DNA of 64,000 nucleotides from Escherichia phage Av-05: the sequence record KM190144; one strand, written 5' to 3'. Below the pieces are notes generated by a model, which was given only the letters and a program-made list of their open reading frames with translations, was not told the DNA's origin and searched no databases. Shown here piece by piece: positions 35,284-45,222 of the stretch; within the stretch, counting starts at the first letter, position 1; each line of letters begins with the position of its first letter. The translations under genes were made by a program, and so were the position numbers.

Positions 35284-35660
35284 TGTTGTACCTTTTTGTC
35301 TTTTCTTGCATTATCCCAAAAATTAAGGATATTTTGGTAACGGATTTTGTCTTCCATATATTCAGCTTCATCACGAAGACCACATACATGGTCTATTAAG
35401 GCACATACTTCATTATGGTATTCTGTGCCACTCGTGATGTGTTTAATCATACAAGATCCTGCTTTCCATTTCGAGAGGGAGTATCTCAGATTATCATCTT
35501 TTTCTGTGGGGAAAGCATCAACAAGCACCTTTGCTCTATTCCCTTGTATCGTTTGCACTGTTCCTCGGCGCAGTTCGTTATTACCCCAATAGATAAATAC
35601 TGTATCGCCAACAAATAATCTTGTTCCGCTTGCATCCCTCATTTTATGCCCCCAACACAA
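35280..35660 (-). CDS. Hypothetical protein (126 aa)
   Basis: ORF track. Confidence 0.45.
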   Translation of the reverse strand: MCWGHKMRDASGTRLFVGDTVFIYWGNNELRRGTVQTIQGNRAKVLVDAFPTEKDDNLRYSLSKWKAGSCMIKHITSGTEYHNEVCALIDHVCGLRDEAEYMEDKIRYQNILNFWDNARKDKKVQQ

Positions 35661-35988
35661 AGAAATAATGAACTGTTACCGCTGCAAAGTAAAGCGTTTT
35701 GGAAATCAATCGTAGCCAGCAATCTCTGTTTGTATACACTTTTCCTGCTAAGATATTACTCCCTGTTACGATATTTCCCCACAGCCACACAACAAACAAG
35801 AATGCTCCGAGCAAACCACTTGTCGGTGGTGTTAATGTAGTAATCATCGCAATACCTTCGAGGGTGGCGAATATGAAGAAGTATGGAAATGCCTCCCTTA
35901 CACATTTTATTCCTTTGCCAGTAATGCAGGTATTAACTAAACCTATAAGACAAAATATCGTCCAAAGCACATACAATGTATAAACCAT
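35644..35988 (-). CDS. Membrane protein (114 aa, multiple TM)
   Basis: ORF track; hydrophobic. Confidence 0.45.
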   Translation of the reverse strand: MVYTLYVLWTIFCLIGLVNTCITGKGIKCVREAFPYFFIFATLEGIAMITTLTPPTSGLLGAFLFVVWLWGNIVTGSNILAGKVYTNRDCWLRLISKTLYFAAVTVHYFFVLGA

Positions 35989-36053
35989 AATCCACTTAAC
36001 CCCAAAAATGTTAACCTCTCCAAACCTATCAGAGAGGTTTCAAAAATAATCTA

Positions 36054-36551
36054 CTACTCACCTTTTAGCTTAAAACTTTTCAATGTTTTGATAAAGTCTT
36101 TCTCCGCTGGTGTGTAAGTGTGTACGAAACCTGTCTCTTCGCAGGTGTAGGTATCATTAACCTCCATTGCGTGTGGAGGGATAAATGCACCATCAGGAAC
36201 AGACTTATATTCCGGGTTGTAGATAAATTCCGGCAGCACAACAGCTACAGCAGTCATTGCCCCATTCAAGGCTTTCTTTTCTTCACGCCACCAAGCCACA
36301 GGGTAGGTTTGTAAAGACATTGCCTGATCAAGAAAATCTTCAAGCACGGACTGATAACCACCATTCAAAACAATAATGGTCTTATCTTCTTCTTTCCAGC
36401 ATTTCAGCCAATGGTGTGCAGTGATCTGCTCTGGTGTATATGCTTCACCACTATGCAAAACCATAAGCTCTGCAATGGCGTGTGCTGATTGGATACCTGC
36501 ATGGATACCGCAGATATACTGGTTAACAATACAATACATTCTTGTTTTCAT
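36054..36551 (-). CDS. Hypothetical protein (165 aa) with weak PTH2-type peptidyl-tRNA hydrolase-like N-terminal motif
   Basis: MYCIVNQ..GIHAGIQSAHAIAEL loosely resembles PTH2 signature (hhVVR.DL.MG.GKIAAQ.SHAA); assignment tentative. Confidence 0.35.
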   Translation of the reverse strand: MKTRMYCIVNQYICGIHAGIQSAHAIAELMVLHSGEAYTPEQITAHHWLKCWKEEDKTIIVLNGGYQSVLEDFLDQAMSLQTYPVAWWREEKKALNGAMTAVAVVLPEFIYNPEYKSVPDGAFIPPHAMEVNDTYTCEETGFVHTYTPAEKDFIKTLKSFKLKGE

Positions 36552-36766
36552 TTTTGTTTCTTCCTCAAAATTATCCGTTCAGGACTGAAAAATTCTTTCA
36601 AACACAGGAAGATGGCTAATGCGCCACCCAACCACCAAAAAGGTATCAACAGCAAAGCAGGTATTAAGTCCTCTCCTGTGATACAATCCTGTGTTTTATA
36701 GGTCATGGTAAGAAATACACCTGCTGCTACTATCCCAGCAACCACATACAAGATCAGTTCAATCAT
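36548..36766 (-). CDS. Small membrane protein (72 aa)
   Basis: ORF track; two TM segments. Confidence 0.4.
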   Translation of the reverse strand: MIELILYVVAGIVAAGVFLTMTYKTQDCITGEDLIPALLLIPFWWLGGALAIFLCLKEFFSPERIILRKKQK

Positions 36767-37079
36767 TATCCCGTTTCTCCAGAAACGCTTTCACCGCAAG
36801 AGCCGCAGCGTAAATTGCCACAAGACAAATACAAAATGTGAAAATAATAGGTAAAACCATTACCGCAAACATCATAAACAGTGGTCCTGCAACAGTAACG
36901 AATGCTGTTCCAAGCAACAATAGAAATACCACATATTTATCTGCCGTCTCATCCACCTTCTTAAGATACACACCTAAACACACAGAAGACAACAGGAATG
37001 ACAGAATGGACAGCAATAGATACCAATTATCAATAAAGATGATAATTGGACCAGCAACATTTTCTAGCCACCACATCAT
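36759..37079 (-). CDS. Membrane protein (106 aa)
   Basis: ORF track; three hydrophobic segments. Confidence 0.4.
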   Translation of the reverse strand: MMWWLENVAGPIIIFIDNWYLLLSILSFLLSSVCLGVYLKKVDETADKYVVFLLLLGTAFVTVAGPLFMMFAVMVLPIIFTFCICLVAIYAAALAVKAFLEKRDND

Positions 37080-37093
37080 ATATACTTACCTCT

Positions 37094-38338
37094 TTAGAAT
37101 AACATATCTCTGCTGATTGCTTTACGAATAGCATCAATACGGGCTACTCGCACAGCCTCACCAATCTCTTTACCCTTCTTACCTTTTTCCAGAAGGGGTT
37201 TTGTTATAGCTTTAGAATCAACTTTTGTCATAGCGTCGTAGGCTTCCAACAAAATATGACCCTGAGGATAAGGTTTATGTCTAAAATCACCACCTCTCCC
37301 TTTAGCATCACAATAACACGCATCTGCAAGTGTGTAAACCTTTATTTTCTGATCAGCTTGTCCAGCAGCTTCAAATATTTTCATGATGCTTTTTGGTTTC
37401 AAACCGTTGTTACCATCTTTGGGGGAGATGGCGTGCACTTTTGTGTGATTTTCCGCAACATATTTTGCCGTGTCACGATAGATATTATAAATCTTCAACC
37501 TTTCACACAAGGATTGGATAACATCTACACCAGCTTTTTCATGACCATGAAGATTACCATTGTCCTTATGAGTCACAGCTTTGCCAAAATCATGGCACAG
37601 CACAGCAAACTTGGTCAGTGGATCAGCTCCTAATTCATCAGCAACCCGTAACGCTAGAATTGTATGGGTGTAAGCATCCCCTTCTGGGTGATGTTCTTTA
37701 GGTTGTTGCACACCACGTAGGGCTTCCAGTTCAGGGAGTTCGCCAATACGTCCCATATTGACAGCAAAAGATCTGAAATAACCACTCTTTAAGGCTTTCA
37801 ACATTTCCTTCCATTTACGCTCGGCGCTTATTTCTGCCAAAGAGTGTCGGTTGTCATAAGCCAGTTTAAAAGTTTCTGGATGGATATGCCATTCTTCCCC
37901 AAGCTGGGCTTTAAATCTAAACAGGCGTAGAATACGTAATGGATCTTCAATAAATGCCTGTGATGTATGACGTAATGTTTTAAGTCCTAAGTCAACCTGA
38001 CCACCAAAAGGATCTATAATTTCACCACTCTCAACATCCATCGCCATGGAATTGATGGTTAGGTCTCTACGTGCCAAATCCTCTTCCAGAGTTACATCTG
38101 GACTAAAGCATACCTCAAATCCTTTATGGCCTTCACCTGTTTTTCTTTCTGTGCGTGCAAGAGCGTACTCTTCTCTTGTTTCTGGGTGAAGATAAACTGG
38201 AAAAGATGCGCCAACTTGTGTGAACCCTCTTTTCAACATCTCTTCATGCGTAGCACCAACAACCACATAATCACGGTCTGATATTTCACGACCTAACAAT
38301 TTATCTCTTACTGCGCCACCTACCAAGTATACCTTCAT
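37094..38338 (-). CDS. cca: CCA-adding enzyme (class II tRNA nucleotidyltransferase with HD phosphohydrolase domain)
   Basis: N-terminus MKVYLVGGAVRD...DRDYVVVG...RDLTINSMA matches bacterial Cca head domain; HD-type motif LCHDFGK; start at ATG overlapping upstream stop (ATGA). Confidence 0.85.
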   Translation of the reverse strand: MKVYLVGGAVRDKLLGREISDRDYVVVGATHEEMLKRGFTQVGASFPVYLHPETREEYALARTERKTGEGHKGFEVCFSPDVTLEEDLARRDLTINSMAMDVESGEIIDPFGGQVDLGLKTLRHTSQAFIEDPLRILRLFRFKAQLGEEWHIHPETFKLAYDNRHSLAEISAERKWKEMLKALKSGYFRSFAVNMGRIGELPELEALRGVQQPKEHHPEGDAYTHTILALRVADELGADPLTKFAVLCHDFGKAVTHKDNGNLHGHEKAGVDVIQSLCERLKIYNIYRDTAKYVAENHTKVHAISPKDGNNGLKPKSIMKIFEAAGQADQKIKVYTLADACYCDAKGRGGDFRHKPYPQGHILLEAYDAMTKVDSKAITKPLLEKGKKGKEIGEAVRVARIDAIRKAISRDMLF

Positions 38339-38607
38339 TTCTTCGCCCACGTATTCATATAATTAACAATATCTTTTACGGCTCTCTTTCCGTCTAGTGG
38401 ATAAACTATGTCATCGCTCATCCCACCGTGTTTTAGCATTGCTACCAGTCTAGTATATACCTCTTTTGGTCTTTTGCAAGTTCTTTTCTTCCATTTATGA
38501 CCGTCTGGGGAGTACTCCTTATCTTCAAGAGAGATATGAAGTATATCCCCTATAAACTCTTTAGCCTGTGTGCTGTAAAGTGGACGGTGGAATATGTAGA
38601 ATTTCAT
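38335..38607 (-). CDS. Hypothetical protein (about 91 aa) translationally coupled to cca
   Basis: Track ORF trimmed to ATG after AGGAGCAAGCA. Confidence 0.45.
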   Translation of the reverse strand: MKFYIFHRPLYSTQAKEFIGDILHISLEDKEYSPDGHKWKKRTCKRPKEVYTRLVAMLKHGGMSDDIVYPLDGKRAVKDIVNYMNTWAKK

Positions 38608-38696
38608 TGCTTGCTCCTTTGTTGTAATAACAATATCAGTGCAAGCCACCTGTGTCAACACATAAAGAAAAACCCGCTAAAAAGCGGGTTAATCTC

Positions 38697-38978
38697 TTAC
38701 CATGTTACAAATATGTTTATAGATGTGCCTTGTTTTGTTGGTTGATAGCTAATAATATCTACCGTGAAGCCACCACCACGAAGATCGCCAACAATATGAG
38801 GCAGGTAATCACCCATTTCCTCCGGGAACTGTAGTGACATACCCATTCCAAATAGACCTTTCTTTGCACACTGGCTGATCCCGTTTACTATCTGGTCGTA
38901 CAGTTCCACCAGAGATTTTGGGGTGTCCTTTTTCGACTTGTTCGCTATCTCTCTCATTTTGCTGGCGACATTTGCCAT
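38697..38978 (-). CDS. Hypothetical protein (93 aa)
   Basis: ORF track; strong RBS AAGAGGTAAAG. Confidence 0.5.
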   Translation of the reverse strand: MANVASKMREIANKSKKDTPKSLVELYDQIVNGISQCAKKGLFGMGMSLQFPEEMGDYLPHIVGDLRGGGFTVDIISYQPTKQGTSINIFVTW

Positions 38979-39489
38979 CTTTACCTCTTAAAAAATAGAA
39001 AGGCTTCAAATTAAGGGTGTTCTTTTTGTCCCACACATACCATGCATACCCGCTTCCATCTGTCTTACCATCATCTGTAAAAGATGGTCTTTGAGAAAGT
39101 ACAAGCAGAGATGTTGGAGGATTATCTTGCCACCACTCCCACCTTTTCATACTTTCAAGAAAACCAAGGCGTAGAAGCATGATAACGACATCAGCGTCAC
39201 GTAGAGCTTTCTCAACAAATTCCTGAGCCAGTGAGTATGGAGGGTTAGAGATTATGATGTCTGTGTGATTATACTCTGTTGCCAGATAATCAACACCTTG
39301 ACGTATTTCTCCCCAAGCACTTCCGATTGGTAGAAAATTATAAATCCTACCGGAAGCCCTGCACGGCTCCATATATTTCTTTTTCATATCTATGGGGATG
39401 ACTTCCAACAGGGCTTCAACAGCCCATACTGGGGTTTCATACGTATCGTATTCTCTCCGCTCACTCTTCCTTTTCAGGGGCGCTACCAT
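38809..39489 (-). CDS. DNA N6-adenine methyltransferase (phage Dam-like, NPPY motif); C-terminal extent uncertain
   Basis: ETPVWAVEALLEVI...IISNPPYSLAQEFVEKAL; ORF tail overlaps next gene by about 170 nt in another frame. Confidence 0.65.
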   Translation of the reverse strand: MVAPLKRKSERREYDTYETPVWAVEALLEVIPIDMKKKYMEPCRASGRIYNFLPIGSAWGEIRQGVDYLATEYNHTDIIISNPPYSLAQEFVEKALRDADVVIMLLRLGFLESMKRWEWWQDNPPTSLLVLSQRPSFTDDGKTDGSGYAWYVWDKKNTLNLKPFYFLRGKDGKCRQQNERDSEQVEKGHPKISGGTVRPDSKRDQPVCKERSIWNGYVTTVPGGNG

Positions 39490-40415
39490 CAGTTATTCAC
39501 CTTTTCCATAGCCTCTTTCAAAAGATCTTCTGAGACACCAAGAATCTGATTTAACAAAACGTCCCGCTTATGTGGTATTGTGCGTGTTTCACTTTCACCA
39601 TATCGTAGGCTATTCAGTTGCACAAGGATTCCTTTTAACTCCTCAACATTAAAACCGTCAAAATCACGTTCATTGAGTGTTAGCATATTGAAACTGAAAT
39701 TTTCACCCCCAATCGCTATATTTAGAGGCACTTCCTGTAGTTCATCTTCAGAAACAATATCTATATTTTGCAGTGCTACACTCTTCGACTTTGCAGGTTT
39801 TGTCGTTTTCGGTCCTGTTATATACTTCAGCCCTTGTTGCTCTCTTCGGATATTCTCTTTATCCAGTAAAGCGGCTTCTGTGCGTACCAAAATATCTTCT
39901 TCTGTCAGCCAAACTTCCCCACCACCTTTAATGGTTTCCATTTCTTCAGGTGTTAGCACATCTTTATAGAAATAATCGAAGACACGATCAAAGTAGTCTT
40001 TTTGGAACACAGCTTGGCGGTAAATATTGGATCCGTCTCCACCTATCCAACCCTGGTAGTTATGGAACATAAAAATTGTCAATGGTGAAACAGTTCTCCG
40101 CTCACATGCCAACCATAATACTGTTCCTGCTGAACACACTTGGCCTTCTGCATGAACAATAACCATGGCCTGACTTTCTCTGATGGCGCTAACGTATGCC
40201 ATAGCAATAGCAACATCCCCACCCAATGTATTTATAATAATGCGTACCGTATCCTCTGGGTTGGCTGCACGAATTGTTTGTAACCGCTCTTGGTGGTCTT
40301 CCAACCAATGCATCTCGTTAACGTACACGACATGATTATTGGCATAGGCACGATATGTGAAAACATTAGAAGTCTCTACACGGTTAATATCAAATCCGTT
40401 ATTCAGTTTTTGCAT
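39489..40415 (-). CDS. ClpP-like serine protease (S14 family) with C-terminal extension
   Basis: INTLGGDVAIAMAYVSAI and VHAEGQVCSAGTVLWLA correspond to ClpP INSPGG and catalytic Ser regions. Confidence 0.6.
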   Translation of the reverse strand: MQKLNNGFDINRVETSNVFTYRAYANNHVVYVNEMHWLEDHQERLQTIRAANPEDTVRIIINTLGGDVAIAMAYVSAIRESQAMVIVHAEGQVCSAGTVLWLACERRTVSPLTIFMFHNYQGWIGGDGSNIYRQAVFQKDYFDRVFDYFYKDVLTPEEMETIKGGGEVWLTEEDILVRTEAALLDKENIRREQQGLKYITGPKTTKPAKSKSVALQNIDIVSEDELQEVPLNIAIGGENFSFNMLTLNERDFDGFNVEELKGILVQLNSLRYGESETRTIPHKRDVLLNQILGVSEDLLKEAMEKVNN

Positions 40416-40896
40416 TACAAACCTCTTCGTTTTTAATGAGGATACCCCTCAGAATGTGACTATTGCTCAAAAGCCAATCTATATTTATACCGCACTCCTC
40501 GTCAACAATAACTTTGTCACTATATCTGGAGCACCGGATAACTCTACGCGCATACTCAGCCGCTATAGCTGCTTGATGTATGATTGTAAATATGTCAAGT
40601 TCATCTTTAGTAAGATGAATGAACTTAGATTTACCATTCATGCAGATGAGATGCTCTAGCAGCTCAATTCTGTTAGAGAACATCAATTCGGCATCCTTCT
40701 TAGCAGCACTTTCAGAATAAAACATACTAGCTAAGAGGCTTTTATTAACAACTCTTAAAGAATTAGCTACCGTGGTCATATATCTGTTATAAAGCTCAGT
40801 AGCCATCTCTTCAAACACGTCAGGCTCTACAACACCACAATTCTGTAACTTTACCAAGGTATCGTTTGTTAAGACACTGTAGACAGTATTTTTCAT
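40399..40896 (-). CDS. Hypothetical protein (165 aa)
   Basis: ORF track. Confidence 0.45.
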   Translation of the reverse strand: MKNTVYSVLTNDTLVKLQNCGVVEPDVFEEMATELYNRYMTTVANSLRVVNKSLLASMFYSESAAKKDAELMFSNRIELLEHLICMNGKSKFIHLTKDELDIFTIIHQAAIAAEYARRVIRCSRYSDKVIVDEECGINIDWLLSNSHILRGILIKNEEVCNAKTE

Positions 40897-40902
40897 TGTC
40901 CC

Positions 40903-41211
40903 CTACCTAGCAATTAGATATTGTATCTTTCCGTCATCTTCCTGATACCCAACATCTACAACATAGTATTCCCCAACATCAGGAATCAACAACTTATCCC
41001 CAACCTCGTACTCTTTTGCGGTATGGTATACCATTGATTCTGTAAAATATTTGTACTTATCCATATCGTTAATGTTGCATGAGATTTCCATTTCTCCGTT
41101 GTTGTTGGGTATGAGAATATCCTCACCATTCTTTTTCCCAACCACATAACCACCTACCAATGTTTTAACTAAGCACAGTGTTTTATTGAGTTTGTCTTGG
41201 AACTTTGGCAA
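40903..41211 (-). CDS. Hypothetical protein (102 aa)
   Basis: ORF track. Confidence 0.45.
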   Translation of the reverse strand: MPKFQDKLNKTLCLVKTLVGGYVVGKKNGEDILIPNNNGEMEISCNINDMDKYKYFTESMVYHTAKEYEVGDKLLIPDVGEYYVVDVGYQEDDGKIQYLIAR

Positions 41212-41728
41212 AAGAATCCTCCATTTTGTCCAGGAATGTTTCCAGGAGTTTTATTCTTTCTGGTGTGTTAAGATTAAGTGTTTTAATCCCTTTCATCTTA
41301 GCAAGATTGACAGCAGTAGCCGTGCCGCCTCTTGGATTGCCATTCTTATCTTCTTTTGCAAAGTAGAGCACAAAGGAAGATGGCTTTGGGTTGTTAATAT
41401 TCACTCCCAACACTTGATGCACATTCCTAGAATGCAACGCAAATGCTGATCTGTTTCTCAACAATGCTTGTGGGTTTGGATGCACCTTTTGCACCAACTC
41501 ATCTCGATATTCTATTTGGTCGATATATAGATGGTTAATATATTGTAAGGCATAATCCCAGTTATCGTACAAACCCACTTCTTTATCACCAAAACCTTTC
41601 CATGGTATGTAGATTTCTGCGAGTCTGTTACCATACAACATTTTGGTTTTATCGTCAAGGCCATCGAAATATCGCTGCATCCCTCTCTGGAACGCTGCAT
41701 CGGCTCCTTCTGCCTTACCGCTCCGCAA
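41183..41728 (-). CDS. DprA/Smf-like (SLOG-type Rossmann) protein, tentative
   Basis: N-terminal SGKAEGADAAFQRG resembles the GxAxGxDxxAHxGA nucleotide-binding signature. Confidence 0.35.
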   Translation of the reverse strand: MRSGKAEGADAAFQRGMQRYFDGLDDKTKMLYGNRLAEIYIPWKGFGDKEVGLYDNWDYALQYINHLYIDQIEYRDELVQKVHPNPQALLRNRSAFALHSRNVHQVLGVNINNPKPSSFVLYFAKEDKNGNPRGGTATAVNLAKMKGIKTLNLNTPERIKLLETFLDKMEDSFAKVPRQTQ

Positions 41729-41762
41729 TGTAAACCCTATTTTTTTTTCAAGGAGTTAAGCA

Positions 41763-43013
41763 ATGACAGCAACAACAGGTGTTGGTGGTTTAATTTATGG
41801 TCGTGCATTGGTTGATCAGAGGACAGGAAAGAAAATAAATTTTGATGAACTGGGCGGCGGGAATATTCCAGAAGACATAACAGATCTTATTGCATCTAAA
41901 GCCCCAATAGAAAGCCCTTCATTTACAGGAAACCCCCAAGCACCAACACCGTTGGATGATGCTATTGGAAAGGAAATAGCTAATGTAGAATATGTGAGGG
42001 GTTTAATTGCAAAATTGGCTGACTCAGCGCCTGAAACATTAGATACTCTCAATGAATTAGCGAAGGCATTAGGTGATGACCCTAACTTTGCGACAACCAT
42101 AACTAACGCTCTTGCTGGTAAACAACCATTGAGTGAAATACTGACATCTTTGTCAGGATTGATTACTGCCGGAAATAAACTAGCTTATTTCAGTGACAAA
42201 AACGTAATGGCTTTGGCAAATCTCTCCGCTGTTGGTCGAGTTATTATAGGGCAAGACTCAAAAACTGGGGTTCTTGATTATCTGGGGATAAAAACCGCCG
42301 CTACAAAAGATGTACAAAACGATATCTATGATGCCACCGATGGGGTAGTATCTTTGCCTGGTGCATTTGGTTTTGGGGCGTTTATCCCTGCCGAGAAAGA
42401 AGTTGTTTTTCAAGAGAAGAATGGGCCAGAGGAATGGGTTTCTTGGTTGAGAAGTGCACAACCTGGTCGTTACCTTGTTCGCCAAGATTTACCTTCAGGT
42501 GGTATACGTATTATTGAAGGGATCACATTTAGAGGTATGGTTGAGGTATTGTCCCTATTTCCAGCGGAGAGTGCGGAACAGGCATCTAAAAATAACAAAT
42601 ATGCTTATTTTTATGGTATAAATGGGGAGTTATACTCTTATCGCTTACTGACTATTTTTGCCAGTGGTGACTGGGTGAATATAAAAGGACAATTCTCTTC
42701 TTTACAGTCTACGGTAGACAATTCATGGGGGAGTCCTGATGTTGGAGGAATAATGTTAGGAGTGTATCTTGGCGCTTCGGACACTGATTCAAACAGAAAA
42801 CTTGTTCGTGGTCAGACTATCCCAGGATCCCGCATAGGGTGTATAACTCTTTACAGCAATGTTTCCGCAACAGGTGCATATCAAAGTACACCAGTTTCTG
42901 TTACACACAGTAATGAAACACAGAGAGGCACGTTTGTAGCCTTATCTGGCTCACCAAGCAACAGCGGTGGTACAGCCACAGGTTACATAGGTCTTTTTAT
43001 GAGGATTGCATAA
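41763..43013 (+). CDS. Tail fiber protein (416 aa)
   Basis: SPSFTGNPQAPTP...IANVEYVRG tail-fiber N-terminal signature; AGGAG RBS. Confidence 0.65.
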   Translation: MTATTGVGGLIYGRALVDQRTGKKINFDELGGGNIPEDITDLIASKAPIESPSFTGNPQAPTPLDDAIGKEIANVEYVRGLIAKLADSAPETLDTLNELAKALGDDPNFATTITNALAGKQPLSEILTSLSGLITAGNKLAYFSDKNVMALANLSAVGRVIIGQDSKTGVLDYLGIKTAATKDVQNDIYDATDGVVSLPGAFGFGAFIPAEKEVVFQEKNGPEEWVSWLRSAQPGRYLVRQDLPSGGIRIIEGITFRGMVEVLSLFPAESAEQASKNNKYAYFYGINGELYSYRLLTIFASGDWVNIKGQFSSLQSTVDNSWGSPDVGGIMLGVYLGASDTDSNRKLVRGQTIPGSRIGCITLYSNVSATGAYQSTPVSVTHSNETQRGTFVALSGSPSNSGGTATGYIGLFMRIA

Positions 43014-43582
43014 TGCTGGATATTAAAGATATTAAGTCCCCGCAGTATCTTCTTAATGGTGACGTTGATTGCCTCGTCCTTTTTGAGGGTTTCTCTGATT
43101 ATCTCCCATACACCGCTTCCAGTAACGACTGTAGCGAAACAGGAAAGGCAGTTTGGGATTCCTTACAATCTGGTAATTTTGGGGAGATTGCCCCGTATGT
43201 AGTAAACCCTCAATTTATCGAGGCATTAAAGCAACAGATGTTATCAGAAATAAAAGAGTGGAGAAAACTGGAAGAAAGCTCTACGGCTATTGTTTCTTAT
43301 AATGGTGCAAGGTATGATGTTGATAATGCAACCCTTGGTCGTATTTATCCAGTATTATTAGCACAAAAAGCATCCCCAGCCAGACAAGCTGTGGTTTGGA
43401 GAGATGTTGATAACAAACCTGTAGAGATGAGTAGCTCTGAATTTGAAAATCTTGTTGTAGCTATGTCTTCCGAGTTGGCAACTAAGAATGATTCAATATA
43501 CATCAAGCAACGAGAAATGAAAGATCAAGTGCTTTCAGCCTCTACGATTGAGGAATTACAAAGGATAAAAATTGGGTGGTAG
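43013..43582 (+). CDS. Putative tail fiber assembly/accessory protein (189 aa)
   Basis: ORF track; position between fiber genes. Confidence 0.4.
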   Translation: MLDIKDIKSPQYLLNGDVDCLVLFEGFSDYLPYTASSNDCSETGKAVWDSLQSGNFGEIAPYVVNPQFIEALKQQMLSEIKEWRKLEESSTAIVSYNGARYDVDNATLGRIYPVLLAQKASPARQAVVWRDVDNKPVEMSSSEFENLVVAMSSELATKNDSIYIKQREMKDQVLSASTIEELQRIKIGW

Positions 43583-45222
43583 CTATGGATTATAAGGATA
43601 AAGTTGTCAATGCTGAAGTCATACTTCCAGATGGGCATAGTATTGGAGGATCAGGACTCCCAAGCCAATCTTTTAAATTATACACAGAAGACACCGCGAC
43701 CATAAAACTTTCAGGTAATGGTGAAAAAGCAACACCACTTAAAGGTGTTGTTGTGGTGGCAGAAGATGAAAATAATGCTCTCCAAGCTGGAGATAATGGG
43801 TTAGCTGTTAAGGTGAGTCCTGCTGCAAATAACCTGCTGGAGTTGAAGCAAGGAGCATTATATGTAACAGCACCAGAGATAAATATTCCAATTTCTCCTA
43901 AAGAAGGAAACGCTTTAACAAATATAACCTCTGAAGGGGAAGAGGGGTTGTATGTTGCGCCTACCAAAGTGCAAGGATGGCTTTATGATTCTGCACCTGG
44001 TGTTGCAGCTTTGCCTGGCGCTTTCGGCTACGGAATGACAGATCCTGGAGCAATTTCACTTATTGCTAACAGTCTTGGCGATGTTGCACGTTCTGCCCAT
44101 AACCTACACCCAGGAAGGTATTATACTTTCACCACACGATCTGAGGAAATGACCGGAATAACAGAAATTATCTGGTTGGATAATGGCTGGGGCAACAAAA
44201 CCAGTCAGACAGCAACAAAGCTGGTTCTGTTTTTTGGAAAAGACGGTCGTATGAAGTATACAATCCGTGGCGACAATCTAAGCGATCCGGCAGTGTGGTA
44301 TGATTTGTTAACTACTAAGCAAACAGATATCTATGATCGTACAGAAGGTGTTGTCGCCATACCTGGCATGTTTGGATTCGGTAGTGATTTCGTCGGTATT
44401 GATACTGTCTATTTTAACAACAAAGCGGAGTTCCTTACTTGGGTGCATAATACTCGTTCTGGTCGTTATCTGGTGAGCCAGATATATGGTAGCGAGCCTA
44501 TCATTAACAGCAATGTTACGTTTAGCGGTATTCTTGAGGTTATCCCAACTGGTAGTGTTGGCGTTGGTTACGAGGAGAATTTACCTAACGTATGGAAAAA
44601 CCTTATTTTTTACGGCGCTAATTACGGCGATATCTGGTACACACGTTTTACCACACAACCGAATAACTTGTCTGGTTGGAGGTGCTTAGATAAGACAACG
44701 GATATAATCAATTTGCAGAACTCGCTTAATAGAAAAGCTCCATTGTACAACCCTAATTTCTCTGGTACACCAACAGTACCTACACCAAGCGATTCAGCAT
44801 CAGGAACCCAGATTGCCAACGTAGATTTTGTTAAAAAACAGGTATCTAATAACACTTACACACTGTCTGCTGGCACGGTTACTGTTTTAGATAGTGGATC
44901 ACAACCTACTATTGAGATAACTGGTCAATCACCATCACAGGTTTTAAATTTGGGAATACCAAAAGCACCTGATGGACAAACAATAAAATCTGTCAATGCT
45001 GTTGTTAAAGAAATAGACAGCGCACAACAGGTTACACTAACTTTTACAATGACAGATGATTCAAGTCAACAGGCGAGCTTTAATATCCCGTTTTCTCCTC
45101 AGCCGACTATGAAGCTGTCAGCAACATCTGGGAATTTCTCTTTCAATTATGGCGATACACCTTCAGCGGAAAAACGCAGCGGGAAGATCTGGGTCTTCTA
45201 TATATTTGAAAACAACAGTTGA
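43576..45222 (+). CDS. Tail fiber protein (548 aa); possible +1-frame C-terminal continuation to 45553
   Basis: Internal NPNFSGTPTVPTPS...IANVDFVKK repeat of the fiber signature; N-terminus MVAMDYKDKVVNAEV. Confidence 0.6.
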   Translation: MVAMDYKDKVVNAEVILPDGHSIGGSGLPSQSFKLYTEDTATIKLSGNGEKATPLKGVVVVAEDENNALQAGDNGLAVKVSPAANNLLELKQGALYVTAPEINIPISPKEGNALTNITSEGEEGLYVAPTKVQGWLYDSAPGVAALPGAFGYGMTDPGAISLIANSLGDVARSAHNLHPGRYYTFTTRSEEMTGITEIIWLDNGWGNKTSQTATKLVLFFGKDGRMKYTIRGDNLSDPAVWYDLLTTKQTDIYDRTEGVVAIPGMFGFGSDFVGIDTVYFNNKAEFLTWVHNTRSGRYLVSQIYGSEPIINSNVTFSGILEVIPTGSVGVGYEENLPNVWKNLIFYGANYGDIWYTRFTTQPNNLSGWRCLDKTTDIINLQNSLNRKAPLYNPNFSGTPTVPTPSDSASGTQIANVDFVKKQVSNNTYTLSAGTVTVLDSGSQPTIEITGQSPSQVLNLGIPKAPDGQTIKSVNAVVKEIDSAQQVTLTFTMTDDSSQQASFNIPFSPQPTMKLSATSGNFSFNYGDTPSAEKRSGKIWVFYIFENNS

